From the IMG/VR virus record IMGVR_UViG_3300047994_000087, positions 1 to 64,000 of that record: 64,000 nucleotides of DNA; one strand, given 5' to 3'. The translations under genes were made by a program, and so were the position numbers. Of this stretch, positions 1 to 10,392 are shown in pieces; within the stretch, counting starts at the first letter, position 1; the number at the start of each line of letters is the position of its first letter. Below the pieces are notes generated by a model that was given only the letters and a program-made list of their open reading frames with translations, made no database searches and had not been told where the DNA came from. Origin of the DNA: a virus.

Positions 1-7
1 CCATGAA

Positions 8-424
8 GTGAGATTTCTTGCTGCGCAGACTAAGGACTCTGACAAGAGAAAGGCTGATACAGCTAACAAGCCTAATGACTTTCTCTTTGATGGTGACAAT
101 ATCAAAGGTGGAAGACTTCTAGTTCTGTGCGAAGGCGCATGGGATGCGATCAAGATCAACTCCGCGATGATTCCCGGAGTGTCGGCCACGGCATTGTACG
201 GAAAAGTGCTGATGCCAAAACAAATGACTAAGCTAATTGAAGTGTCTCAGGGCTATGACAAAGTGGCTATTGGTCTGGATAAAGACGCCTATGTAGATTC
301 ATTGAAGTTGCGTGATCGACTGCAATGGTATGTGCCTTCAGTGACTATAGCAACTCCAAATGACAAAGACTGGGGAGTCATGAAGCAATCAGACATAAAG
401 AAGGACTTGGTGGCCGTGTGTTAG
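8..424 (+). CDS. DNA primase, Toprim domain (probably 5'-partial; frame is open to the window edge)
   Basis: LVLCEGAWDAI and AIGLDKDA Toprim motifs; overlaps the DNA polymerase start. Confidence 0.8.
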   Translation: MRFLAAQTKDSDKRKADTANKPNDFLFDGDNIKGGRLLVLCEGAWDAIKINSAMIPGVSATALYGKVLMPKQMTKLIEVSQGYDKVAIGLDKDAYVDSLKLRDRLQWYVPSVTIATPNDKDWGVMKQSDIKKDLVAVC

Positions 425-2898
425 ACGCAATAGAAGAGAGTAATGAAAAGGAAGTGAAGGCTAAGAAGCCTAGAACCAAACGCGCTTCTGCAAAGCCTAA
501 AGAACCTAAGTTGACTGATGATGACTTGCGCCGTTTGCAATGCGAAGCATGCCCCTTTCTGTGTTACAAAACACAAGATGATGACACATCCAATGATGCA
601 CTAGACATCCTCATTGTCTCAGAAAACTACATGCGTCCAATGACGTATGTGTTTGATCAGCATGACGTAAGGGTGAAGCAAACACATTTAATTGAGTGCC
701 TTCCGTATGGCGAGAAAATACCCAAGAAGGACCTGGACAAAGGCAGCACATGCTGCATGGGCAGAAAGCTATCCCTGATAGAAGCACACAAACCCAAGCT
801 GGTTCTGAGCGTTGGCTATGACTGCTACAAACATCTAGAGAAAGGATTAGGCAATACCCCGAGTGGTGTGAGCGACTTTATTTTGATGCCATCGTCCTAT
901 AACGGTCATCTCTTTTGGCACTACTGCATACCTGAGAAAGGGGCTCTTCTGTACGCGCAGGAAAGTGTCAGCACGGTTATAGACGCCCTGGATAAGGTGC
1001 CTTCAGTAGAAGAAGGGAATGATGGCGGCATTGAGTATGTAGTCCTGAGTGAAGACATTGATCCAGCCTTCGATTGGTTCGAGCAACAAGAGATAGTCAC
1101 GTTCGACATAGAAACTACAGGGTTGAATCCTTTTCAGAAGAACGATGCGGGCATAGACCCAACGATCCTTAGTATAGCTATAGGCACAAAAGATCGTGTG
1201 TTTGCTTTCCCCTTGTTCCATCCGCAAACACCGGAATCTTTTGATTCATACAAAGTACTTGAGCGATTATGGGACCTTGCCACAAAGGTTCCTATGATTG
1301 CCCATAACACCCAGTTCGAACTTGACTGGATTGGCAGCATACTTCCTGACTTTGAAATGCTGGGGGTATTCCACGACACTATGGCACAGGTCTATCTGCT
1401 GACTCCGCCCAAAATGCCAAAGTCTCTGGATGCATGCGTGCGCCGCAACTTTGGCTTTGGACTGAAGATAATTTCTGGCATAGACGTAACTAATTTATAC
1501 AACACCCCTCTTGAGCAGGTGTTGGCTTACAACGCCCTAGACGTGAAATATACCCATAAGCTGTATGAAATGCAAGAGGCTCAGCTAGTACTGGAAATGC
1601 TTTGGGACCTATACATATCTCTTCAGCTTCCCTTCATACCAGCCGTCACCAGAATGCGCCGAAAAGGACTACTGGTAGACCAAGAGTTTGCAAAGAAGGT
1701 TGGAGAAGACCTACAGGCACAATACACAGCAGCGGAAGAATCCCTGTTCAACATTCCTGAGGTGGCGAAGTTTATCAAGGATAAGGGCAGCTTCAACCTA
1801 GACTCGACTACTCAGATGCGCGAACTCATGTACAACTATGTGGGAGTACCAACTACACAGACAAGCTTTGACGAAAAAAATCTAGCTAAGATGAAGCATC
1901 CTGTGGCTAAGGCTATAGTTGCGGTACGTAAGATTAACAAGCTTCACTCTACATACATCTTGCCTTATAACAAGGCGGAGGAAGGAGGAGGCCGTGACCT
2001 ATGCGAAGACGGTCTTATCCACAGCTCCATAAGTACGATCAGGACGGTTACAGGGCGGCTGAGCACGTCGCCAAACATTCAGAACTTCCCATCCCGTGGT
2101 GGCAAGAAGAAGTATCGCAGCATAATCAAGGCTCCTCCTGGTCATACCATGGTGGAGATTGATAAATCTCAAATTGAGTACCGCTGCATAGCGTCTATAT
2201 CTGGGGACAAAGAGATGGTACATGCCATCAATAATGGCTTGGATGTTCACATGTATTGGGCAAAACGACTGTCAGAAGAGTTCAAGTATCTGGTGAAGGA
2301 CAGGGATGATCCAAAGCAGATGGACGATTTTAGAAGTGCTGTTAAGAACCAGTGGACATTCCCTCTATGCTATGGCAGCTTGCCCTATAACGTCGCAGGT
2401 AATCTGAAGCTGAAACAGAAGGACAAGAACAGACTTATTGAAATTGTTGAAGATGAATTCTGGAGTCACCATACGGGAGTTAAGCAGTGGCACCAAGACC
2501 TTGAGACATTCCTTAAAGAACATGGATACATTACCTCTGTGTTCGGAAGACGGTTCAGACCACCTCTCAATTTCAACGAAATGATCAATTATGGCATCCA
2601 GAGCGCTGCCCACGATATGGTTGCCGCAGAGTTTACGAGGTTAGCCAGAATGTCATATGAGTTGGACGAGCCCGCACTTTGTCCCATAAACGAGATTCAC
2701 GACGCGCTAGTGTTTGTCATTCCTGAGGAAAAGTTCGACGACCTCATTCCTGTAATCATTGAAGTCATGGTTGATGTACGTAAATACGATTGGGTAAAGG
2801 TTCCAATTGATGTTGAAGTTTCCGTGGGGCCAGCTATGGGATCTTTAGTGAAGTCAGGAACATTCAGCAGCGCAGAGTGGGAGTTTGTTTTGTCATGA
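418..2898 (+). CDS. polA: Family A DNA polymerase with 3'-5' exonuclease and N-terminal degenerate uracil-DNA-glycosylase-like domain
   Basis: ExoI FDIETTG, ExoII AHNTQFE, ExoIII YNALD; TVTGRLS..PNIQN; motif A DKSQIEYR, B RSAVKNQWTFPLCYG, C EIHDAL; N-terminal CEAC..ECLP..CC..KPKLVLSVG as in family-4 UDG/SPO1-type N-domains. Confidence 0.93.
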   Translation: MLDAIEESNEKEVKAKKPRTKRASAKPKEPKLTDDDLRRLQCEACPFLCYKTQDDDTSNDALDILIVSENYMRPMTYVFDQHDVRVKQTHLIECLPYGEKIPKKDLDKGSTCCMGRKLSLIEAHKPKLVLSVGYDCYKHLEKGLGNTPSGVSDFILMPSSYNGHLFWHYCIPEKGALLYAQESVSTVIDALDKVPSVEEGNDGGIEYVVLSEDIDPAFDWFEQQEIVTFDIETTGLNPFQKNDAGIDPTILSIAIGTKDRVFAFPLFHPQTPESFDSYKVLERLWDLATKVPMIAHNTQFELDWIGSILPDFEMLGVFHDTMAQVYLLTPPKMPKSLDACVRRNFGFGLKIISGIDVTNLYNTPLEQVLAYNALDVKYTHKLYEMQEAQLVLEMLWDLYISLQLPFIPAVTRMRRKGLLVDQEFAKKVGEDLQAQYTAAEESLFNIPEVAKFIKDKGSFNLDSTTQMRELMYNYVGVPTTQTSFDEKNLAKMKHPVAKAIVAVRKINKLHSTYILPYNKAEEGGGRDLCEDGLIHSSISTIRTVTGRLSTSPNIQNFPSRGGKKKYRSIIKAPPGHTMVEIDKSQIEYRCIASISGDKEMVHAINNGLDVHMYWAKRLSEEFKYLVKDRDDPKQMDDFRSAVKNQWTFPLCYGSLPYNVAGNLKLKQKDKNRLIEIVEDEFWSHHTGVKQWHQDLETFLKEHGYITSVFGRRFRPPLNFNEMINYGIQSAAHDMVAAEFTRLARMSYELDEPALCPINEIHDALVFVIPEEKFDDLIPVIIEVMVDVRKYDWVKVPIDVEVSVGPAMGSLVKSGTFSSAEWEFVLS

Positions 2899-2922
2899 CT
2901 AACCCCTCGTGGAGAAAGAAAA

Positions 2923-3177
2923 ATGGCATGGAATAAAAAACACCATGGACAATGCTGCGGGGACTGCAACAAATTACACACTCTTCCACAGGATGAGGAA
3001 TCCGCTAAATTCTACTCCATTCTGATTCAGCACCTACCATGTTTAAAGAGTCCAGGAGTCAGAAAGAAGTGTCAGCGTAAAGCAGACATCATTGCTGCAT
3101 GCAAGTGGGCCATTGAAGTTCTGGAGGCAGCGGATCAACCATCTAATGACTCAGATATGCAATCATTGACAGCATAA
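2923..3177 (+). CDS. Hypothetical Cys-rich protein
   Basis: 84-aa ORF with GGAG RBS inside the replication cluster. Confidence 0.55.
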   Translation: MAWNKKHHGQCCGDCNKLHTLPQDEESAKFYSILIQHLPCLKSPGVRKKCQRKADIIAACKWAIEVLEAADQPSNDSDMQSLTA

Positions 3178-3195
3178 ACGCACTCACGCTATTAT
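3166..3195 (+). promoter_or_regulatory. Sigma70-type promoter
   Basis: TTGACA-18 nt-TATTAT, followed by AAGGAG RBS and ATG 3213. Confidence 0.7.
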
Positions 3196-3212
3196 TAAGG
3201 AGTAAGGAATAA

Positions 3213-3647
3213 ATGTCCTTTGACCAAACAAAATACGATTATTTTAAAGCCTTCCTCGACATCGACAAAGACAATATGCCAGTCGACGAAGCAAGCCGTA
3301 AACAGCCCGTATTAAGACAGGAGGTAGGAGAGTTCCAGGCCGCAGCCCATAAGAAAATGGAAGAATCTGCTGCCCTGATCAAACCACTTAAAGCTGCACT
3401 AAATCTTAGCTACAGAGACAATCTTACAACACGTGGTGAGAAGTTCACTGAGTCCAAAATTGAGTCCTTGGTTGAATCTGATCCAGGTTTGGCTGCGGCT
3501 GTACAAGATGCTATCGACACTAAAAATGAATACGAAAGATGGGAAATTTTATACAGTCAGTACGAGTCGAGAGAGCGAACAATAGCTAATAACACTCGAC
3601 TTGTAGAAGGTGCATTCATTGAATACAACCGCGCTGCTGGTCCTTAG
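3213..3647 (+). CDS. UvsY-like recombination mediator
   Basis: 144-aa helical protein with KFTESKIESLVESDP segment; adjacent to SSB and recombinase. Confidence 0.6.
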   Translation: MSFDQTKYDYFKAFLDIDKDNMPVDEASRKQPVLRQEVGEFQAAAHKKMEESAALIKPLKAALNLSYRDNLTTRGEKFTESKIESLVESDPGLAAAVQDAIDTKNEYERWEILYSQYESRERTIANNTRLVEGAFIEYNRAAGP

Positions 3648-3698
3648 AAATAATACAAACTGATAAATGTTAAAACAAATAACTGGAGAAAGAAAATA

Positions 3699-4697
3699 AT
3701 GAGTCTGAAGAGTAAGTACGGGATGATAAGCGGCACCAGCAAAGAGAAGTATGAGGCCAACGATCCTGAAAATAGAAAGAGCAACAAACACACATACCTC
3801 AGAAGTGACATCACTCTCTATAAGCCGCCCGAAGACAAGAAAGACGACACTAGAGTGCGCTTTATAGCTAATCCCGTCAAGGAGTATATCTTTGACGAAA
3901 TACGAGTGCATTTCCTAAGCACTCCTCCATTTGAATCTTTTGTCTGTCCTAAGTGGGCATTCTATTCAGAATATGAACTAGAAGGAGCTGCTGCTCATTG
4001 CCCTCTGTGCAATAAAGCAGACGATATCTATAAGAAGAAAAGAGAGTTGAGCAAGGAAGACTTTGACACGGAGAAGCAATTCAAAGACGCTGGACAGAAG
4101 CTTTCTAAGGAAGCTGGTGAATACAAAGCTACTACCTTGAGCCTTGCATATATTGTAGACCGAGCCAACCCTGATAAGGGCGTGCAGATCTGGGCTATTT
4201 CAGGCACCAAGACACCAGAGCGTTTCCGACTCCTGCATAAGGATTCTGAAAATGCCGGTGGCATCATCAACTTCGAAGATCCAGACGATGGTTATGACGT
4301 GTTTTTCAATCGTGTAAGCAACGATAATGGAACAGGATTCCCTGGTTACACGATCATCAAACTAGCCACTAAGTCTACTCCTCTGTCAGAGAGTGAGAAA
4401 GAGGCAGTAGCTTGGTGGGAATACGTCAAGGCCCATCCTACAAAGGAAATGCTTCGAGTGATGTCTGTCAAAGACATTGAGAAGAGAATGTACGGTGCTC
4501 CTGCGGATACCTCCTCGGATGAAGACGACTCTGACGATGACGACGAAGAAGAGACTGATGACGACACCCCGGTCAAAGAAGTGGAGAAAGAGTCAGCCCC
4601 TAAAACTGAGAAGGCTGCTGAGTCACCTGCTAAACCACAGAACGAAAGGTTGGCTGCTCTGAAAGCAAAACAAGAAGCCCGCAAGGCAGCTAGCTAG
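3699..4697 (+). CDS. gp32-like single-stranded DNA-binding protein
   Basis: VHF..FVCP..HCPLC zinc site, DPDDGYD motif, very acidic C-terminal tract; next to recA. Confidence 0.75.
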   Translation: MSLKSKYGMISGTSKEKYEANDPENRKSNKHTYLRSDITLYKPPEDKKDDTRVRFIANPVKEYIFDEIRVHFLSTPPFESFVCPKWAFYSEYELEGAAAHCPLCNKADDIYKKKRELSKEDFDTEKQFKDAGQKLSKEAGEYKATTLSLAYIVDRANPDKGVQIWAISGTKTPERFRLLHKDSENAGGIINFEDPDDGYDVFFNRVSNDNGTGFPGYTIIKLATKSTPLSESEKEAVAWWEYVKAHPTKEMLRVMSVKDIEKRMYGAPADTSSDEDDSDDDDEEETDDDTPVKEVEKESAPKTEKAAESPAKPQNERLAALKAKQEARKAAS

Positions 4698-4726
4698 TCG
4701 CCCTTTTATAACCATAGGTGTTCAAC

Positions 4727-5761
4727 ATGTCCGACAAACAGAAACCCGCTGCCAAAACTATAGGCAGCGGGGAAAGTGCCGACCGTGATAAAGCGCTCAG
4801 CAGTGCTCTTGACGCAATCAAGAAACAGTTTGGAGAAGGTTCCATTATGAAGCTAGGCGATACTCGCCATGCTGAGATGGAAGTTATACCTACTGGGGCA
4901 CTCACGCTGGACTTGGCCCTAGGAGTTGGAGGTCTGCCAAAGGGAAGAATCATAGAGATCTATGGCCCTGAGTCTTCTGGTAAAACAACTCTGGCTCAAC
5001 ATGTCGCCGCCCACGTTCAGAAGAAAGGCGGAGTAGCTGCTATTGTTGATGCTGAGCACGCTATGGACCCTGTGTATGCTCGTGCGCTTGGAGTGAATGT
5101 AGATGAACTACTGATCTCCCAGCCTGACACCGGAGAACAAGCCCTTGAGATTGTGGAACAGTTGGTACGGAGTGGTGCTGTTGACCTGGTTATTCTTGAC
5201 TCAGTGGCCGCTCTGGTGCCTAAGGCTGAGATAGAAGGAGAGATGGGTGACAGTCTACCAGGCCTACAGGCAAGGCTCATGTCACAGGCGCTCAGGAAGC
5301 TTACAGGCATTGTAAGTAAAACCAATACTATGGTAATTTTCATCAACCAGCTGCGCCAAAAGATTGGTGTTGTTTATGGCAATCCTGAAGTGACCACTGG
5401 CGGCAACGCCCTTAAGTTTTATGCATCCATTCGCCTAGATATCAGGAAGATTGAGAGCCTTAAGAAGGATGGCCTGGACTATGGCAATCGTGTCAAGGTC
5501 AAAGTAGTTAAGAACAAAGTCGCACCACCATTTCGTATAGCTGAATTTGACATTATTTACGGCAAAGGCATCAACTCCATAGGCTGCTTAATTGATGTGG
5601 CCGCAGAGAAGGAAATCATCAAGAAATCTGGGACTTGGTTCAGCTATAAAGAAGAAAAGATGGGACAAGGAAGGGACCAGGCAAAGACTTATTTAGAAGG
5701 TACCCCAGACACTTTAGCTGCTATAGAGAAAGCCGTTAGAGCTGCCATAGAGACCGATTAA
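4727..5761 (+). CDS. recA: RecA recombinase (bacterial type)
   Basis: [52 protein letters not shown]; ATG 4727 preferred over GTG 4718 because of the AGGTG RBS. Confidence 0.98.
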   Translation: MSDKQKPAAKTIGSGESADRDKALSSALDAIKKQFGEGSIMKLGDTRHAEMEVIPTGALTLDLALGVGGLPKGRIIEIYGPESSGKTTLAQHVAAHVQKKGGVAAIVDAEHAMDPVYARALGVNVDELLISQPDTGEQALEIVEQLVRSGAVDLVILDSVAALVPKAEIEGEMGDSLPGLQARLMSQALRKLTGIVSKTNTMVIFINQLRQKIGVVYGNPEVTTGGNALKFYASIRLDIRKIESLKKDGLDYGNRVKVKVVKNKVAPPFRIAEFDIIYGKGINSIGCLIDVAAEKEIIKKSGTWFSYKEEKMGQGRDQAKTYLEGTPDTLAAIEKAVRAAIETD

Positions 5762-5811
5762 TAAACGGTCAGGGTTTTTGCTAGTTGACTAAAACTTTAG
5801 GAGGGCTGAGT

Positions 5812-6798
5812 ATGAAAGTACTCATCGTCAGTGACCTACACTTCAGCAGTCGGTCTCAAGATGAATATTTCTTTGACTTGTTTGACAAGGTGGACATGTT
5901 GATAGACGAACACAAGATTGATGCGGTGTTCGTGCTAGGGGATCTTACAACAGCGAAGGATAACCACAGCAGCAAGCTTGTAAATAGAGTGACCGAAGGA
6001 TTGGTCCAATGGTCAAAGAAGGTGCCTGTAAAAGTGCTTATGGGTAATCATGACCTTCAGACTGCTGGCAACCCGTTCTTTATGTATGTAGGACTATACC
6101 CACGCATAGAGTTCATAGCTACGCCCAAAGTAGATGATGACTTTCTGTTTCTGCCGTTCTCTAAAGATTTAGATGCAGACCTAGATACTTATGACGTTAC
6201 CGGCAAAATAGTGTTTGCACACGTTAGTGTCGAAGGGTCCGTCTATGAGAGTGGAGTGAAGGCGGAGGGAGGAATTGATCCTGCCAGATTCGACAAAGCT
6301 AAGATTGCGTTCTCTGGGGACATACACAGTCCTCAGGAAGTAGGCAGCGTGATCTACGTTGGTTGTCCATACAACATTCGTATGAATGACGTGTTTCAGG
6401 GTAACTGCGTTATTCTTGACACCAAGACTCTTGAGTGGAAGAGAATCCCTATGGACTTCCCCAAAAGACGCACCCTAAACATTAGTTCAGTTGCAAACTT
6501 AAAGGTGCAGCTAGAAGACCTTCGCCCACGCGACCAGGTAAAAATACGCTTACACCTGGATCAGCAAAACATGGGGCTTTGGCGACAGATCAAGGATGAG
6601 TCCATGTCTTTACTGAAAGAGTCAGGCATTGTCCTCAGTGCGTTTGAGACCCCAAGGGATAAGCTGGCCCCAGTTGCCCTTAGTAAGACTTCTGAGGTTC
6701 GGTTCTCGGACTATGACAGTTACACCGCTGCTCAATCAATTAGCCCAGAACTTAAACAGGTAGGGGCCGAGATAATTGCAGAGGTGAGCGCCCGATGA
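5812..6798 (+). CDS. SbcD/Mre11 (gp47-like) nuclease
   Basis: SDLH, LGD, GNHD, FAH, GDIH metallophosphoesterase motifs; AGGAGG RBS before ATG 5812. Confidence 0.9.
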   Translation: MKVLIVSDLHFSSRSQDEYFFDLFDKVDMLIDEHKIDAVFVLGDLTTAKDNHSSKLVNRVTEGLVQWSKKVPVKVLMGNHDLQTAGNPFFMYVGLYPRIEFIATPKVDDDFLFLPFSKDLDADLDTYDVTGKIVFAHVSVEGSVYESGVKAEGGIDPARFDKAKIAFSGDIHSPQEVGSVIYVGCPYNIRMNDVFQGNCVILDTKTLEWKRIPMDFPKRRTLNISSVANLKVQLEDLRPRDQVKIRLHLDQQNMGLWRQIKDESMSLLKESGIVLSAFETPRDKLAPVALSKTSEVRFSDYDSYTAAQSISPELKQVGAEIIAEVSAR

Positions 6799-8600
6799 AT
6801 ATTGTCAAAGTTGAGGCCAGTAACTTTCGTTGCTTTGGTCCTTCATTCTCCACAGACATGCCAACTACAAGAGGGTTACACCTGGTTACCGGAAGGAACC
6901 TGGAGACCCCTGCCTTAGGGGCTAATGGCACGGGTAAGAGTTCGACATTTGCCGCCATATGCTGGGCTTTGTTTAAGAAGACCGCCACCGGTCAAGATTC
7001 AGGCTCCTTGCTTCGAAGAGGAGCTAAGAAAGGGTATTCCGTCACTCTACATATAGTTGATGACGACGGACAGGCAAGGGTCCTGACTAGAACGTGGAAC
7101 CCTATAAGCCTCAAGTTGGATAATCGAGAAATTGCTGAGTATGAACTAACTGATTGGTTAGGACTTACCTATGAGCAATTCCTATATAGTGTTTACTTTC
7201 CTCAGTCTGGAGTAAGCTTTATTGATTTGACTCCAATGAAGAAACTGGCCTTCCTGTCACAGTTATTCAATCTGGACAAATGGGTTTCTTATAGTGAATT
7301 GGCTAAGGAAAAAATTTCAGGTTCCAAGCTAGAGTTGTCTAAGGCGCAGCAATCTAAAACTTTGTTCTTGGCTGAGATTGAGCGAGTACAGCAGCTAATA
7401 GTGTCGACATCGCAGGCATGTGAACAATGGAAAACAGACTACGAAGAAAAGCTTGCGGGCATCAAGATTTCACGAGATAAAGTGAAAGACACTCTGTTAC
7501 AGGTACCTTCCAAGGGCGATCTTCAGGAGCAGCTAAAAGAGATAGAAGAAACAAAAGCAGCCTTTGAGCTAGACAAGAAACGGATACAGGGTCAATTGAA
7601 CGAGCTGTCGGCAAATGAGGGAGTTGTTAAACACAAACTTCAGTCAACAACTGCTAAGTTAGAGAGTATTGCCCAAAAGGAAAACACAGAATGCCCTGCC
7701 TGCTTACAAGTAGTCGGCAAGGCGCATGTAGAGTCTATTTCAGATGGATTGTTTGCAGAGGCAGAACAGCTTGAAGAAGAGCTGGTGAGCGTAGTCAAAG
7801 ACAAACTCGCAATCAAGCTCTCGATTGAAGAGCTGGAAGAGTCTATAAACGATGCTCTTCAATTATCTAGGGACGTATCTAAAGAGCTTTCACAAATAGA
7901 AGCACTAATCAGAATAGAAGACGGCAAAATAAACCAGATCAAGTTTTTCGACGAGCAGCTTGCTAAGACGGAGAAGGAAATCAATCCACACAGTTCTCAG
8001 TTGGATGATTTGCTTAAACGTAACGCTAGTCATGCATCAGACACCAAAACTTTTGATGACGAAATTTTAAGAGTGGAGACCAAGATATCTCAATATGAAT
8101 TTTGGCAGAAGCACTTCCCTCAAGTGCGACTGTCAATATTGGAAGAAGTCACACAGGAGCTAGAGATCCACTTCAATCAAAGCTTTTGCACCATGGGTCT
8201 TTTGGACTGGTCGGTCGAGATTTCCACAGAGAAAGAGCTTAAATCTGGCGCCACAAAAAACGAGCTTACTGTAAAATTGTACAAAGATGGAGTCGACATT
8301 GATATTGACTCACTATCTGGTGGAGAGAAACAACGTCTTCGCGTCTGCACCAACATAGGCATCTCTGATCTGATCAAGGCAAGATGTGGCGTTACCTGTG
8401 ATCTTTTGATGATTGACGAGCCCTGCGCAAGCTTATCACAAGAAGGTATTGATAATTTACTGGGCATGCTGACGGCCCTTGGGGAAACTCAAACAATAAT
8501 GTTGGCTGAACACAGGGTCATGGACTCTGCAAAATTTGATTCAATTTTCACGCTGGTCAAAGGAGTTGATGCAACATCAGTAATGGAAAGAACAGCATGA
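6795..8600 (+). CDS. SbcC/Rad50 (gp46-like) ATPase
   Basis: GANGTGKS Walker A, coiled coil with CPAC zinc hook, LSGGE signature, LMIDE Walker B. Confidence 0.92.
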   Translation: MNIVKVEASNFRCFGPSFSTDMPTTRGLHLVTGRNLETPALGANGTGKSSTFAAICWALFKKTATGQDSGSLLRRGAKKGYSVTLHIVDDDGQARVLTRTWNPISLKLDNREIAEYELTDWLGLTYEQFLYSVYFPQSGVSFIDLTPMKKLAFLSQLFNLDKWVSYSELAKEKISGSKLELSKAQQSKTLFLAEIERVQQLIVSTSQACEQWKTDYEEKLAGIKISRDKVKDTLLQVPSKGDLQEQLKEIEETKAAFELDKKRIQGQLNELSANEGVVKHKLQSTTAKLESIAQKENTECPACLQVVGKAHVESISDGLFAEAEQLEEELVSVVKDKLAIKLSIEELEESINDALQLSRDVSKELSQIEALIRIEDGKINQIKFFDEQLAKTEKEINPHSSQLDDLLKRNASHASDTKTFDDEILRVETKISQYEFWQKHFPQVRLSILEEVTQELEIHFNQSFCTMGLLDWSVEISTEKELKSGATKNELTVKLYKDGVDIDIDSLSGGEKQRLRVCTNIGISDLIKARCGVTCDLLMIDEPCASLSQEGIDNLLGMLTALGETQTIMLAEHRVMDSAKFDSIFTLVKGVDATSVMERTA

Positions 8601-8614
8601 GGGCAGAATAACGA

Positions 8615-8947
8615 ATGCGTATAGACAATATCCACTTTATTGAGTCAATGTTTAGACCAGAATATCGACACCGCATGCCTGTTCTTATCGCTGCGATTGT
8701 GGACAATAAAGAAGAAGAGACGGACGCCATAGTCAGCGAACATGTAAAAGACATTGCTGATCATCATTCCGTTACTCTCGACGTGGATATGCCATCGCTT
8801 AAATGGACAGTAACAAAACTTAGAAAGGCTCTTAGAAATAGAATAAAAGCTTTCAAAGTTGGGAATGGTGTTATTGTCGCACCGGAAGAAGAAATACAGG
8901 ACACCTACGTCGACACTGATGACGATGAGGTGCAGGACGAATATTAG
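8615..8947 (+). CDS. Hypothetical protein
   Basis: 110-aa ORF co-oriented with the cluster; acidic C-terminus. Confidence 0.55.
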   Translation: MRIDNIHFIESMFRPEYRHRMPVLIAAIVDNKEEETDAIVSEHVKDIADHHSVTLDVDMPSLKWTVTKLRKALRNRIKAFKVGNGVIVAPEEEIQDTYVDTDDDEVQDEY

Positions 8948-8996
8948 TCAAAAGTCAAGTTTGTTTTAATCACAGCAACGGGGGCTACTCACCTAC

Positions 8997-9563
8997 ATGG
9001 CAATACACATACCTAGATTTCCAGCACAGATGGCTAAGAACAGGCTGTATCATCACTTACGAGAAACATTTGAGAAAGATTGTATTGATGTCTGGAGCAT
9101 AGATGATCTAATTGATCTCTATGACAAAAAATCGTTGGATGCTGTAATCAATGAAGAATTTTTGGTAATTATGAGTGGGAAGTCCCATGTTCGTATTGCA
9201 TTCAGACAGGTCGGAACAGTGGCAAATCTAATAAGCAACAAAGCTTCTAAAGGTGTGTTCGAATTCCACGAGTTGCTGAGTAAAATGCCTAAGAGTCAGA
9301 AGGTATCTAGCTCCGACATGAAAGACTTTCTATCGTTCCTGATTGACTTTGGGCAGTTGCAGGAGTTTACTCTTCCTGGCTGCGCATTCACATATGTGAC
9401 CAAAGACTCTGATGACGAAGTTACATGGGAGAAGTCCAAGCTTATGTACTATTGGTCATCTAACATGGAGACACGATCTATACATCAAATGTCGACTGAT
9501 GATGGACTGGAAGAGCTGAGAGAAGCAGTTAGAGAAGACGAGAAAGACGGCCAGGCTGCTTAA
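8997..9563 (+). CDS. Hypothetical protein
   Basis: 188-aa ORF, last gene of the + strand block. Confidence 0.6.
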   Translation: MAIHIPRFPAQMAKNRLYHHLRETFEKDCIDVWSIDDLIDLYDKKSLDAVINEEFLVIMSGKSHVRIAFRQVGTVANLISNKASKGVFEFHELLSKMPKSQKVSSSDMKDFLSFLIDFGQLQEFTLPGCAFTYVTKDSDDEVTWEKSKLMYYWSSNMETRSIHQMSTDDGLEELREAVREDEKDGQAA

Positions 9564-9772
9564 ACTAGTTTTCCCTTTAGAAACATCAGGCCACGAAGTC
9601 GTCCTAGCTTTCTGACTAGTCGTGAGTGTCTGACTCCATTATACGGTCTCAGAATACTTTGCTGCGCGTTGACACAGTACTGCCATCGCAGGTTTCTATA
9701 TGTTTGGTCAAGTAGGGCTTCTAGCTCTGCTTCCTGCATTTCTGTGAGGGAGTATTTTTTCTGGTATCGCAC
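9560..9772 (-). CDS. Hypothetical basic protein
   Basis: 70-aa ORF with GAGGTG RBS, convergent with the + block. Confidence 0.45.
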   Translation of the reverse strand: MRYQKKYSLTEMQEAELEALLDQTYRNLRWQYCVNAQQSILRPYNGVRHSRLVRKLGRLRGLMFLKGKLV

Positions 9773-9831
9773 AAAAACACCTCACACAGGTTAGGACCTT
9801 GTATGAGGATAATGGGCCGTGCGAGCTTCTC

Positions 9832-10392
9832 TTAGTTTTCCGTGGTTTTCTTACGCTTCTTACGTGCTCTACGGGCGGCAATTTTGCCAGGTCCTTTGTT
9901 ACTGGCCTCTAGACTCATTACATAGCAACTGCCGCACATACCATTTGTTCTCGCTTCCCTATCTATGTGTGGACAGTTTGTGGCGTAGACTATGGCCCTA
10001 GGCATGGGAGGGGGAGCCGGTTGTAGCCCGTTTACCTTCACAAAGTCGTAGTGGTCTTGGAGGTTCTTTAACAATGATATGCCTTCGTTTGTTGGAAAAT
10101 CTAGTTTATTCTCTACCAATATGTTAATGGCGTCTTCTATGTTTATCGAAGCAGATCGTAGTTTCAAAAGATGCTTTATTCCACGATGTTTTCTGTCTAG
10201 TAGGCCAACTACCTCAAGTATCTTCAAAGCATCATCGAGAGGAAAAGGATGCTTCCCTATTAAGTATCTGTTCAAGGTTTGGTAAGACACACCAGTTTTA
10301 TCAGCCAAGTCCGAATTGCGCCAATAAGGGTCCATGCTGTAGAAAATGGTTTGTAGATCTTCAGCAATGGCATATTTGGGTTTTTTGGGCAT
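9832..10392 (-). CDS. XRE-family HTH regulator with C-terminal Cys/His motif
   Basis: SDLADKTGVSYQTLNRYLIG HTH; CPH..ARTNGMCGSCY; start MPKKPK at 10392 preferred. Confidence 0.7.
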   Translation of the reverse strand: MPKKPKYAIAEDLQTIFYSMDPYWRNSDLADKTGVSYQTLNRYLIGKHPFPLDDALKILEVVGLLDRKHRGIKHLLKLRSASINIEDAINILVENKLDFPTNEGISLLKNLQDHYDFVKVNGLQPAPPPMPRAIVYATNCPHIDREARTNGMCGSCYVMSLEASNKGPGKIAARRARKKRKKTTEN

